64,000 nt of DNA from Microcystaceae cyanobacterium (GCA_041746575.1 JBGTGT010000116.1:14174-78173); one strand, 5' to 3'; counted from the first letter of the stretch, positions 12,199 to 22,230 are shown. The notes: a model not told the origin generated them from the sequence alone. Made by a program: numbers and translations.

Positions 12199-12212
12199 TC
12201 GACTTTTCAGAA

Positions 12213-13133
12213 TTACTTTTGAGGGCTTGTCGTGCTAGGGGGAATTTGTTCACGAGTAATAACAATAACTTCAAAGAAGTTACGTATTCTATCTGGGTCA
12301 ATCGGCACAATACCATCTTTGCCGAAATAACGATTTACCATTTCAGTATAACGGGCATCCCCAGTTAGGTAACCATCCATCATTTTAACAATGGCATAAT
12401 TCACGGTATGCAGAAAACGGGAATCGCCTTGGGGAACCATACAAGCAATCCCATGATTATAGTAGGCTTCTTTGGGAATAACCGCATAAGCATCGGGACT
12501 TGCTAATGTTTGACGCATTCCTTCTAAAATAGCAGAATCAAAGGCAAAACCATCAATTTTTCCTGTTTCTACTGCTTGTAATCCCTCTTCAAGAGTGGCA
12601 ATGGAAACAGGGGTAATATTGGCAGATAAAGTATCAATAGAACGTTCTTTAATAAGATTACCAATAAAGCCAATTCTTTTTCCGCGTAATGCTTCTGGAT
12701 TGGTGATATTACTGTCTTTTTTGACTAAGACTTTAATGCCCGATACCCCATATCCTAAAGAAAAATCTACGTATTTATCCCGTTCCCACGTAAAAACCGT
12801 ATCACAAACCAAGTCCAACTTCTTATCAATAACTTTTTGAATTCGTTCACTGAAGTTTTCGCTGGTATCATAGTCTAGTCGGACACTTCTCCCTAAATCC
12901 TCTTCTAACTGTTGACGAATCACTTCTAGAAGTTCCACCGAGTATCCGGTTAATTCCTGTTTATCATTAACATAAGAAAAGGGAACAATATCCGTTCTCA
13001 CGCCGACACTTAACACACCTGTTTTTGAAACCTTTTCCATCACAGTTTCTGCTAACGTTGAAGCGGGGACAGCAAAAATTGCGATTAAGCTGAGAAGACT
13101 AGCGGATAACGTTTTTAACATTTTGCGAGACAC
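12213..13133 (-). CDS. grrP: Extracellular substrate-binding-like orphan protein GrrP (TIGR04262-like)
   Basis: Family-3 solute-binding fold with signal peptide (FTWERDKYVDFS), no permease or ATPase nearby, divergent from grrA-grrM. Confidence 0.88.
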   Translation of the reverse strand: MSRKMLKTLSASLLSLIAIFAVPASTLAETVMEKVSKTGVLSVGVRTDIVPFSYVNDKQELTGYSVELLEVIRQQLEEDLGRSVRLDYDTSENFSERIQKVIDKKLDLVCDTVFTWERDKYVDFSLGYGVSGIKVLVKKDSNITNPEALRGKRIGFIGNLIKERSIDTLSANITPVSIATLEEGLQAVETGKIDGFAFDSAILEGMRQTLASPDAYAVIPKEAYYNHGIACMVPQGDSRFLHTVNYAIVKMMDGYLTGDARYTEMVNRYFGKDGIVPIDPDRIRNFFEVIVITREQIPPSTTSPQK

Positions 13134-13270
13134 CTAATCGGATAACATTAGAGATTATTCTAAAGGAGTTTTGCCCCAAACATCACAAAAGTTTGTTTAC
13201 AATTTGTGTCATTCTCGTCCCTTTTTTGCTACAGTTCTCAAAGACCTTATGCTGGTGGAGTTAGTATTTC

Positions 13271-13624
13271 ATGGAGATGACCCGAAAAATTTCTTGTGTT
13301 GGTTTTCTATTAGCCGTTTCGACGATTACTGCTTCTATGAAAGTTAATGCAACCCCTTCACTTCCCCATTTGTCTATAGAATCCCGTTTATCCCGTTTAA
13401 CTGAAGCCATGCAACAAAGTGGCATTGAGGCTTCTCACCCCCTTGCTGAAGATAATTTCCTTCTCGGTATTGGTTGGGCTGATGGGAATCACCGAGGTTG
13501 GGTTAACACAAACCGGGGGGGATTTGCCAATCATCAAGGTGGGGGGGGATTTGCTAATCGCAATTGGGGAGACGGTGGCCGCTTCTATAATCATCACGGG
13601 GGGGGTGGTTTCCTAAATCGTTAA
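13271..13624 (+). CDS. grrA: GrrA/OscA-family Gly-rich RiPP precursor 1
   Basis: GFLLAVS hydrophobic leader, IESRLSRL motif, core with WAD, WVN, FAN, FAN, WGD, FYN, FLN. Confidence 0.9.
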   Translation: MEMTRKISCVGFLLAVSTITASMKVNATPSLPHLSIESRLSRLTEAMQQSGIEASHPLAEDNFLLGIGWADGNHRGWVNTNRGGFANHQGGGGFANRNWGDGGRFYNHHGGGGFLNR

Positions 13625-13666
13625 TCTTAAATTCTTGACAATTACTTAAATATTGGAGACTATTTA

Positions 13667-14062
13667 ATGAATTTGAGCAATAAAATCACTTTTTTAGGAA
13701 TTCTACTGTCAGTTTCTACTTTAACAAGCACTTTAGAAGCTCAAGCATCTTCCCAGTCCCCCGATTCTACCATTGAATCCCGTCTTTCTCGACTCACCGA
13801 AATCATGAAACAGCGAGGAGTTGACCTAGACGAAATGAGTCCGTTTATTGAAGATGAATCCCTCCTTAGTGTTTGGGCAAATGGTCGTGGCGGTACTTGG
13901 GTTAATACTCGTTTAGGGGGATTTGGCGATCATAATCGCGGAGGGGGTTTTATTAATCGGAGTCCTTGGCGTGATGGCGGATATCGTCGTTGGGGAGATG
14001 GGGGTCGTTTTTATAATCGTGGTCGCTGGCCGAATGGCAGCGGCTTTCTTAATCGTTGGTAA
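13667..14062 (+). CDS. grrA: GrrA/OscA-family Gly-rich RiPP precursor 2
   Basis: Same leader (IESRLSRLTE); core with WAN, WVN, FGD, FIN, WRD, WGD, FYN, WPN, FLN; GGAG RBS. Confidence 0.9.
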   Translation: MNLSNKITFLGILLSVSTLTSTLEAQASSQSPDSTIESRLSRLTEIMKQRGVDLDEMSPFIEDESLLSVWANGRGGTWVNTRLGGFGDHNRGGGFINRSPWRDGGYRRWGDGGRFYNRGRWPNGSGFLNRW

Positions 14063-14144
14063 TCCATCATAATTATTACAATTAGGGATGATTCTCCTGT
14101 CTGGTTTTCCCTACCTTAATTCCCCTACTCCGTAAATTAATTAG

Positions 14145-15347
14145 ATGAATCAGCAATCTTGTTTAACGCCTTCTTTTAATCCGAATCATAGTCTTGATAT
14201 TACTGAATTTGGTCCTATTTCTTTAGTTGTCATTCAACCGACTGCTTATTGCAATCTTAATTGTGATTATTGTTATTTACCCAATCGCCATCTCAAAAAC
14301 AAACTTTCTTTAGACTTAATTGAACCCATTTTTCAAAGAATTTTTACCAGTACTTTTTTGGGAGAATTTATCGATGTTTGTTGGCACGCCGGGGAACCGT
14401 TAGCTGTCCCTGTCTCTTTTTATAAAGACGCTTTTAAAGAAATTGCAAAAGCGAGCCAAAAGTATAATACCAATAATATTCCCGTTTATCATTCAGTGCA
14501 AACCAATGGTATTCTCATTAATCAAGCTTGGTGTGATTTATTTAAAGATTATCAGATTGCTGTCGGAATCAGTATTGATGGTCCTGCTTTTCTCCATGAC
14601 CGTCATCGTCAAACCCGTACAGGATTGGGCAGTCATGATGCTGTGATGCGGGGGATTGATTATTTACATAAAAATGAAATTCCTTTTAATATTATTGCTG
14701 TTATTACTGAAGACTCCCTTGATTATCCTGATGAAATCTTCAATTTTTTCTTAGAAAATGGCATTGATGATGTTGCTTTTAATATGGAAGAAACGGAAGG
14801 CATCAATCAATCTTCTTCTTTAGATAAAGTGGGAATTGAAGAACGTTATACTGCTTTTATTCAACGGTTTTGGCAACTGACTACCGCTAGAGAAGCTCAA
14901 ATGAGAGTAAGGGAATTTGAGTCGATTTGTAGCTTAATTTGTGAAGATAAACGACTAGATAAAACCGATATGAATCACCCTTTTATGATTGTCAATATTG
15001 ACGCACAAGGTAATTTTTCGACTTTCGACCCTGAATTATTAGCAATTAAAACTGAACCTTACGGCGATTTTATTTTAGGAAATGTTTTAACCGATAGTTT
15101 TGAATCCGTTTGTGATCAGGATAAATTTAAACAGATTTACCAAGATGTGGCAGAAGGGGTAAATTTATGCCGTCAAACCTGCTCCTATTTTGGCGTTTGT
15201 GGAGGAGGAGCAGGTAGTAATAAATATTGGGAAAATGGCACATTTCGTTCTACAGAAACCCGCGCCTGTCTTTATCGTGTTAGAACAGTAACCGACAGAG
15301 TTTTAATTGAACTAGAAAATGCTTTTGGGATAATTAACAATGAATAA
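14145..15347 (+). CDS. grrM: Cyclophane-forming radical SAM/SPASM peptide maturase GrrM/OscB
   Basis: CNLNCDYC radical SAM motif, WHAGEPL, TFDPELL and C-terminal CRQTCSYFGVCGGGAGSNKYWE; adjacent to Gly-rich precursors. Confidence 0.93.
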   Translation: MNQQSCLTPSFNPNHSLDITEFGPISLVVIQPTAYCNLNCDYCYLPNRHLKNKLSLDLIEPIFQRIFTSTFLGEFIDVCWHAGEPLAVPVSFYKDAFKEIAKASQKYNTNNIPVYHSVQTNGILINQAWCDLFKDYQIAVGISIDGPAFLHDRHRQTRTGLGSHDAVMRGIDYLHKNEIPFNIIAVITEDSLDYPDEIFNFFLENGIDDVAFNMEETEGINQSSSLDKVGIEERYTAFIQRFWQLTTAREAQMRVREFESICSLICEDKRLDKTDMNHPFMIVNIDAQGNFSTFDPELLAIKTEPYGDFILGNVLTDSFESVCDQDKFKQIYQDVAEGVNLCRQTCSYFGVCGGGAGSNKYWENGTFRSTETRACLYRVRTVTDRVLIELENAFGIINNE

Positions 15348-15377
15348 CGAATCTTTCCTGATTATCTTTTTAAAGAC

Positions 15378-15514
15378 TAGAAGGTATCTGTACAATCAAT
15401 CTTAAGAGATTGTTTAAGACTTGCGTTTCGGTAGGTTACGGCGAATAGATAGTTAAATCTCCGCCTAACTCACCCTACCAAAGGGTTTAATCTTTTATTG
15501 ATAGATACCCTCTA
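15378..15514. mobile_element. Probable MITE/REP-like element between grrM and murE
   Basis: Imperfect terminal inverted repeats (TAGAAGGTATCT vs reverse complement TAGAGGGTATCT) around an internal GGTAGGTTACGGCG...CGCCTAACTCACCCTACC hairpin. Confidence 0.5.
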
Positions 15515-15525
15515 ACTATTAACGA

Positions 15526-17010
15526 CTAGCGGGATTGTAACGCTTTCGCTGCCTCTTCACGGTCGTCAAAGTGAATCTTCTCTGTACCGAGAATCTGATA
15601 GTCTTCATGGCCTTTTCCAGCAATTAAAATCCCATCTCCTGCTTTAGCGTTCATTATCGCTTGATAAATTGCTTGAGCGCGATCGCCATTGACCTGTAAG
15701 CTCGCTTCTTCATGAATTCCTGCTAAAATATCCTGTAGTATCTGTTCGGGATCTTCAGTACGAGGATTATCAGAAGTGACATAGGTTATGTCTGCTAAAT
15801 TAGAGGCAATTTTACCCATAATAGGGCGTTTTGTGCGATCTCTGTCACCCCCACAGCCAAATACACAAATTAAATTTCCCTTAATAAACGGTCGTGCCGC
15901 TTTTAAGGCATTCTCTAGACTATCAGGGGTATGAGCATAATCAACGATAACACTGATATCCTGCTGACCACTGACTTTAACCTGTTCCATACGCCCCGGA
16001 ACACCCGTAAATTGGGGTAATTGACTTAAGAATGCTGAAATATCCAATCCTAGATGATGCACCGTTGCAACAGAAGCCAAGACATTTGCTAAATTAAATT
16101 GACCCACAAGAGGGGATTCAAAAGGAAAAATCCCTTGTGGTGTGTTCAGTTTTCCCGCCACCCCATTAAATTGATAGATTAAATCGCGGGTATAAAAATC
16201 TGCCTCAGGATTGCTGACGCTATATGACCACACTTGAGACTCAACCAAAGCCCCAATTAAACGTTGACTGTAAGCATCATCTAGATTGATAATTGCTCGA
16301 CCCTTTAAGTATTTTGGGCTAAATAATAAGGCTTTTGCCTGAAAATAATCCTCCATACTCTGATGAAAATCAAGGTGATCTTGGGTTAAATTAGTAAACA
16401 CCGCCACTTCATATTGACATTGTTTGACTCGTCCTTGTGCCAACGCGTGGGAACTAACTTCCATCACCCCATACTGATTACCCGCTTTAACTGCTTCTGC
16501 AAGGTTTTTCTGTAAATCTGCCGCAAAAGGCGTGGTATGCAAGGCTGTTTGTTGATATCCTTGCCAACGGGTGTACAATGTTCCGAATAAGGCAGTGGAT
16601 AACTGAGATTGCCGTAGAAAGAATTCAATCAAATGAGTAGTTGTCGTTTTGCCGTTTGTGCCTGTGACCCCAATTAAAGTCAAATTTTGAGCCGGATAGT
16701 CGTAAAAAATCGCCGCTATCTCCGCACAAGCAGTCACCATATCTTCTAGGACAATCACGCAATCTTTATCTGTCGGAGGACACTGGCTGGCCGCCATCGG
16801 ACTAATAACTGCTGCAATTGCGCCGGATTCTAAGGCACTTGACCAAAATTCGCCCCCATCTACTCTTGTACCCGGCATTCCGATAAAAAGATCCCCTTTT
16901 TGGCAAGTGTGGGAATTGGTACAAATTCCTTTGACTTCTTGATTAAGGGCAGTATGATCGGAAATTTCTGTCAAAATAGCTACTTTTTTGAACAATTCAC
17001 CCAGTTTCAT
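15526..17010 (-). CDS. murE: UDP-N-acetylmuramoyl-L-alanyl-D-glutamate--2,6-diaminopimelate ligase
   Basis: GVTGTNGKTT, MEVSSH, DYAHTPD, DNPR (DAP-type) and AGKGHE motifs. Start placed at ATG 17010 with a GAGGGG RBS. Confidence 0.97.
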   Translation of the reverse strand: MKLGELFKKVAILTEISDHTALNQEVKGICTNSHTCQKGDLFIGMPGTRVDGGEFWSSALESGAIAAVISPMAASQCPPTDKDCVIVLEDMVTACAEIAAIFYDYPAQNLTLIGVTGTNGKTTTTHLIEFFLRQSQLSTALFGTLYTRWQGYQQTALHTTPFAADLQKNLAEAVKAGNQYGVMEVSSHALAQGRVKQCQYEVAVFTNLTQDHLDFHQSMEDYFQAKALLFSPKYLKGRAIINLDDAYSQRLIGALVESQVWSYSVSNPEADFYTRDLIYQFNGVAGKLNTPQGIFPFESPLVGQFNLANVLASVATVHHLGLDISAFLSQLPQFTGVPGRMEQVKVSGQQDISVIVDYAHTPDSLENALKAARPFIKGNLICVFGCGGDRDRTKRPIMGKIASNLADITYVTSDNPRTEDPEQILQDILAGIHEEASLQVNGDRAQAIYQAIMNAKAGDGILIAGKGHEDYQILGTEKIHFDDREEAAKALQSR

Positions 17011-17249
17011 AAGACCCCTCTTAGAATTTTTGTCTATTTTAGTTAGTATAGATTCCCATAGCAAGGCAATTTGTTTCTGAGTTGCGGCTAGATTGTAATT
17101 TTAAACCGTTAACAAATATTAAATTAAGAGATAATTCCCTATTTAGGGTAATTGAATTCACATGCTCCTCAAAATACTCTATCTTCAAGTAAGTTTATGG
17201 CAATTTGCCTAAAAATCAACATTTTTCAAAAGAGTTTATCGTTAACGGT

Positions 17250-17681
17250 TTCCGGCTACCCATTTTCTGCTAATATTTGTTCAAGTGTATAAGAATTTGT
17301 TTTTGGTAAATTCAATTCTGATTTTAAGTGAGCAATCTTTTGAGCTTTACAATAAAGATAATCAAGTCTTTCTTGAAGATATTATTTGAGATTAGTGTTC
17401 AATTTTAGTTCAACTTGGGTTCTAAAAGTCACGATCTCGCTCTGTCAATGGCGACCATTATACTTTCGTTCTTGTTGTCAATATTGATAGAGGAAAAGAG
17501 GTTGAATAAGTCTGATCAGTAAACTTTCTACTGCACTTTTTAATGCTTCTAATTCCTCGATTAAATGTTCAGAATCTAATGGCTCGAATTGACCTGCTTT
17601 AATCTATTTCACCATTTTGTCTAACTATTATCAGTAATCAAGCTCATAAAGCTGTTTAAAATCAAGTGAATACTGATTCAT
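17250..17681 (-). pseudogene. DUF29 family pseudogene (absent from the ORF track)
   Basis: Manual translation: MNQYSLDFKQLYELDY***LDKMVK*IKAGQFEPLDSEHLIEELEAL...SEIVTFRTQVE...YTLEQIL, with multiple stops. Confidence 0.8.
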
Positions 17682-17959
17682 GTTTTAGCTGATTTTATTG
17701 CAAATTCTTAATAGAAATTATATCTTACCCCGTCAGGCTCGCCAAACCTGAATGATTAAATCAGTTTTAGGCTGAAAAGGGAACTGAAATACTATAATCA
17801 CAGCAATTAATTCCAATTTATGCCACCAACAAGGTTAAGCTTTACCTAAATAGCGTTAAATCTTGCTAAGTTGCGTGACAAAAAATCCAAAATCTAAAAT
17901 CGATTTGGCCAAACTCTCTTATAATGTAACTTGACATTTCTAAGCAGTTAAAGCCTTTC

Positions 17960-18517
17960 ATGATTTCGAGTAATGACTTTCGGAGCGGTGTCACCATTGA
18001 GTTAGATGGCTCAGTGTGGCGAGTGGTGGAATTTCTGCACGTCAAACCAGGTAAAGGTTCTGCCTTTGTACGCACCAAACTCAAAAACGTGCAATCCGGT
18101 AGCGTGGTAGAACGAACTTTTCGCGCCGGTGAAACCGTTCCCCAAGCCACCATTGATAAACGAACGATGCAACACACCTACAAAGAGGGTGAAGAATACA
18201 TCTTCATGGACATGGAAACCTTCGAGGAAGCCCGACTCAATCCCGATCAAATTGGCAGTGGGGTTAAATATCTCAAAGAAGAAATGGAAGTCAACATTTT
18301 ATTCTGGAATAATCAGGTTTTAGAAGTTGAACTACCGAATTCTGTTGTTTTAGAAATCACGGAAACCGACCCAGGCGTTAAGGGAGACACCGCTACAGGC
18401 GGCACAAAACCGGCTATTGTCGAAACCGGCGCACAAGTCATGGTGCCGTTATTTATTTCCATCGGAGAAAGAATTAAGGTTGATACCCGCACCGACAGTT
18501 ACCTCGGCCGCGAATAA
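17960..18517 (+). CDS. efp: Elongation factor P
   Basis: [12 protein letters not shown] and PGVKGDTA motifs. Confidence 0.99.
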   Translation: MISSNDFRSGVTIELDGSVWRVVEFLHVKPGKGSAFVRTKLKNVQSGSVVERTFRAGETVPQATIDKRTMQHTYKEGEEYIFMDMETFEEARLNPDQIGSGVKYLKEEMEVNILFWNNQVLEVELPNSVVLEITETDPGVKGDTATGGTKPAIVETGAQVMVPLFISIGERIKVDTRTDSYLGRE

Positions 18518-18593
18518 TCACTCAAGTTGGGGAAATAAAACGTATTTTCCCGAAAAATAGTCACATTCATGACGGGATGGCAGGAGTTGAGTT

Positions 18594-19070
18594 GTGTCCA
18601 TTAATATCGCTGAAATTCGAGAACTGTTATTGGCGATTGCCCAAACCAATATTACAGAAGTTAATCTAAAAACCGACGACTTTGATCTAACAGTGAAAAA
18701 AGAAATGAGGCTAACAACCACGCCAATGGCTGTCTCCTCCGAGGCAATTCTGCCCGTTTCTCCTCCTCCTGTCTCTAAACCTCCTGAATCAACGGAAATC
18801 ACTACCCCACCGCCGATTAATCAAAAATGGGTGGCGATTACTGCTCCCATGGTGGGAACGTTTTACCTCGCCCCTGCCCCCGGAGAAAGTGCTTACGTCA
18901 ATCCTAATGATCGCATTCAAGTCGGTCAGGCGGTGTGTATCGTCGAAGCGATGAAATTAATGAACGAAATCGAATCAGAAATCGCAGGACAAATTATGGA
19001 AATTGTGGCAGAAAACGGCGAACCCGTTGAATATGGTCAGACGTTAATGTGGGTTAAACCCGATGCCTAG
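18594..19070 (+). CDS. accB: Acetyl-CoA carboxylase biotin carboxyl carrier protein
   Basis: APMVGTFY and EAMKLMNEI biotinylation motif; conserved efp-accB pair. Confidence 0.98.
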   Translation: MSINIAEIRELLLAIAQTNITEVNLKTDDFDLTVKKEMRLTTTPMAVSSEAILPVSPPPVSKPPESTEITTPPPINQKWVAITAPMVGTFYLAPAPGESAYVNPNDRIQVGQAVCIVEAMKLMNEIESEIAGQIMEIVAENGEPVEYGQTLMWVKPDA

Positions 19071-19083
19071 AAAAGAGCAAACG

Positions 19084-20094
19084 TCACGGCTCCCATACTT
19101 GCACCTTCCCGTTTCCATCACCGATCAGGAATAGGCGACCATCGGGACTAAAGGACATGGCAACTACGGCGTTTCCTTTGACGCTATTTAAGGGCATTCC
19201 CGTCGAAATATGCCAAAACTGGACTGTTTCGTTTTGCCGACTCGCACTGACTAGCAATTTTCCATCGGGACTAAAGGTAATATCGGTCACGGCCTCCGAG
19301 TGACCACTCAAGGTACGAACCACTTGTCCACTGACGGGATCCCATAGCTTAATCGTGCCATCATGACTAGCAGAGGCTAAAAATTGGTCATTGGGACTAA
19401 ACGCAATCTTAGAAATCGGAAATAAATGACCGGCAAAGACACGGTGTAATTTACCATTTTGGACATTCCACAATCTCAAGGCCCCACCATAATCGCTACT
19501 GGCGAGAATTTTGCCATTTTTATTAAAAGCGACGGAAGTAACTTGATTATCGTGATCTCTCAGGGTGCGTATCAACTTCCCTGACGCAATATCCCAGAGT
19601 TTAAGGGTTTTATCCCAACTGGCACTGGCAAGAATTTTGCCATCTGGACTAATGCTCAGAGCGGAAACCACCACCCGATGACCTTCGTAAGTCCGCAGGA
19701 GTCGTCCCGTTTGGGTGTCCCATTGCTTAATGTTGCCATCCGTATCTCCGGTGAAAAAGGTTTGATAGGTTGGAGTCACGGCGATCGCTTCAATGCCATT
19801 AGCTTCCTGTTTTTCGTAGAGCGGTTTCATTTCTCGAAAGTTCCAATAGGCTAAGTTTCCATCAAACGTGCCAATTAGAACTGTTGGCTGGTCAGGATGA
19901 ACGATTAAAGCTCGAATGGGTGAATTATCGACGATAAAGGTCTGTTTGCGTTGAACGACTTGCCACGGACTCGCAGGAGAGGGAACAGGAGAGGAGAGAG
20001 GGGTGGATTGAGACGGAGAAAAGGCAGTATGAGGCGAAGAACAGGCAATGAGCAATAAGGGTAAGAGGCGGTATAAAAGTCGAAATTGAATCAT
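19084..20094 (-). CDS. WD40 repeat lipoprotein
   Basis: Multiple GH...SPDG...ASAS.D.T.KLWD repeats. A start at 20094 gives a signal peptide ending in the lipobox LLIAC. Confidence 0.85.
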   Translation of the reverse strand: MIQFRLLYRLLPLLLIACSSPHTAFSPSQSTPLSSPVPSPASPWQVVQRKQTFIVDNSPIRALIVHPDQPTVLIGTFDGNLAYWNFREMKPLYEKQEANGIEAIAVTPTYQTFFTGDTDGNIKQWDTQTGRLLRTYEGHRVVVSALSISPDGKILASASWDKTLKLWDIASGKLIRTLRDHDNQVTSVAFNKNGKILASSDYGGALRLWNVQNGKLHRVFAGHLFPISKIAFSPNDQFLASASHDGTIKLWDPVSGQVVRTLSGHSEAVTDITFSPDGKLLVSASRQNETVQFWHISTGMPLNSVKGNAVVAMSFSPDGRLFLIGDGNGKVQVWEP

Positions 20095-20200
20095 GTTGAT
20101 TAAGTAATAAATAGGAAGGAGATCAATCATTAACCTTGCAAAATGAGCGAGCAAAAATTTATGTCTTACCCTTGTCTTATGCGAATTTACCAACACTAAC

Positions 20201-21607
20201 TTAATTTTTTTGTTTCGGTTTGTCTAATTTTTCTTTATTTTCTAATGGGCTTGGTTTTTCTTGATTTTTTTCGATCTGGACGGCCATTTGATTGAGAACT
20301 TGGCCATAGTATAGTTGTTGTTCTAATTGTTGAGTCGAAGAGACAAGGTTGGTTAAACCATAAATTAAACGAATAATTTCCCGTCTCAATTCTGGATTTC
20401 CGGTGATTTCATCGAGATCTGAGGTGACTTTTTGGGCATTATCAAAAGCAGAACGAGCAGAATCTAAGATTTGTTGAATCATCAATCTTGTTTGTGGATC
20501 ATTTAAGTAAATTGAGAATTCCTTTAAATTTCCCGTTAATTCAACTGCATTACCCGATATAGTCTCCAAATTGTTCAATAGTTGTCCGGTATCCGCTTCT
20601 GCTAGTATGGGATCTAAACGGGTGATCGTCGTTCGCAATTGATCACTGGTTTGATGAATACTTTTCAGCGTTCCCGTTAATTGATCTTGATTAACTGCCA
20701 TAAATGCCTGAATTTGGTCTGCTGCCGCTCCCACAGAATTTAGAGCTTTACGGGCATCCGTCAATGTCGCGTTTAAATTCTCGATACCCCCACTTTCTTC
20801 TAAGGCGTTGAGCAATCTTCGGGTATCGGCAAGGGTAGCGTTTAAATTCTCAATGCCCCCACTGCGTTCAAAAGAGGCAATCAAGGTGCGCGCATCGTTA
20901 CTGAGAACCCCCACTTCCCCTGCCGCACGGTTGAGAGATCTCAGAGAAGTGTTCAATTGATCAATACTACGGGTTCGTTGAACTTCCGCCAGAATTCCAG
21001 TCGCTTCTCCACTTAATTGATTAAAATTGCCGAGGGCGAGGGAACTTTTCTGGGCAAAGGAACGAATTGCCGAGGTTACTTCAGGATCACTAATTATATT
21101 AGAAATTTTCAACAAAGACCGAATGAGAGTATTGATATCTAAACTGCCTTGTCCTTGCAAGCGAGATCCATTACAAATAATAACAGCAGGATCACAACTT
21201 GGCTCAAGGGGTTTTCCCTGAACGCCTCCCGGCGGCAGAGACTGAAGAGGCGTAATATCAATGGAGGTTTCGCCGACTAACCCGGCTTGAGTGGCTTCAA
21301 TCAGGGAATTGCTGGGAATGAGGCGATTAGCGGGTGAAATCTCGACGCCAATCATCACACCTTCAGGTTCTGGGGTAACACTGACCACTTGGCCGACTCT
21401 GACTCCCCGATAGGCAACCCTTGTTCCTGTCGTCATTCCCCCTGCATTAGGAAATTGAATTTCAGCACGGTAACTGCGTCCCCCAAGCCCAATATTTTTG
21501 AGCCATAATACGAGAAATATTAACGCCCCAATCGCTCCTAAGACCATGAGGCCGACGATACTTTGCATCATGACGGGGGATAACCGCCCACTCCCACTAC
21601 GTTGCAT
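20201..21607 (-). CDS. MlaD/MCE family lipid transport protein (Ycf22/TGD2-like)
   Basis: N-terminal TM, MCE domain (AGGMTTGTRVAYRGVRVGQV, GLVGETSIDI) and long helical C-terminus. Confidence 0.9.
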   Translation of the reverse strand: MQRSGSGRLSPVMMQSIVGLMVLGAIGALIFLVLWLKNIGLGGRSYRAEIQFPNAGGMTTGTRVAYRGVRVGQVVSVTPEPEGVMIGVEISPANRLIPSNSLIEATQAGLVGETSIDITPLQSLPPGGVQGKPLEPSCDPAVIICNGSRLQGQGSLDINTLIRSLLKISNIISDPEVTSAIRSFAQKSSLALGNFNQLSGEATGILAEVQRTRSIDQLNTSLRSLNRAAGEVGVLSNDARTLIASFERSGGIENLNATLADTRRLLNALEESGGIENLNATLTDARKALNSVGAAADQIQAFMAVNQDQLTGTLKSIHQTSDQLRTTITRLDPILAEADTGQLLNNLETISGNAVELTGNLKEFSIYLNDPQTRLMIQQILDSARSAFDNAQKVTSDLDEITGNPELRREIIRLIYGLTNLVSSTQQLEQQLYYGQVLNQMAVQIEKNQEKPSPLENKEKLDKPKQKN

Positions 21608-21747
21608 TTTCGTACGCTCCTCGATTAATGATGACTGATGGCTGTTTAGATCTTACTGCATCTTCAAACCCTCAGTTCTTTCTCTTAACGCTTAAATTTT
21701 AAAGGGGAATAGGGAAAATTTTCCGTTTGTAGCAATTGTACGAATAT

Positions 21748-22230
21748 TCATTCTCCGTTATGCCCATACGCCATATCTTCTTCTAAGTTAATCTGTTTTG
21801 CCGCCTTAACCGCCAATTGGTCACATCGCTCATTATCCCTTATTCCCGCGTGACCTTTCACCCAGACAAAAGTGACCCGATGATAAGCACATAACTTTAA
21901 TAATCGAGCCCATAAATCGGAATTTTTTGCTTTTTCTTGGCTATTTCGTTGCCATTTGTTTTTTTGCCAGCGTTTTGCCCAACCTTGCATGATGGCATCC
22001 ACCAAATACTTAGAATCAGTATGGAGTGTCACCTGACAGGGTTGATTGAGCGTTTCCAATGCAACAATCGCCGCTAAAATTTCCATACGATTATTCGTCG
22101 TGTGGCGGAAACCGCCAGATAATTCTTTAGAATGGTTGCCATAACGCAAAACAACCCCATATCCTCCCTTTCCGGGGTTTCCTAAACAAGCTCCGTCGGT
22201 GTAAATGGTGACATTTTTCAAAGCATTCAT
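21748..22230 (-). CDS. rnhA: Ribonuclease HI
   Basis: IYTDGACLGNPG, TTNNRME, TDSKY and WVKGHAG...NERCD motifs. Confidence 0.97.
   Translation of the reverse strand: MNALKNVTIYTDGACLGNPGKGGYGVVLRYGNHSKELSGGFRHTTNNRMEILAAIVALETLNQPCQVTLHTDSKYLVDAIMQGWAKRWQKNKWQRNSQEKAKNSDLWARLLKLCAYHRVTFVWVKGHAGIRDNERCDQLAVKAAKQINLEEDMAYGHNGE

Noticed and set aside
12213..15347. The GRRM cluster as a wholly new system
   Set aside because: The grrP-grrA-grrM architecture and OscB-type chemistry are already described; only the products and function remain open.
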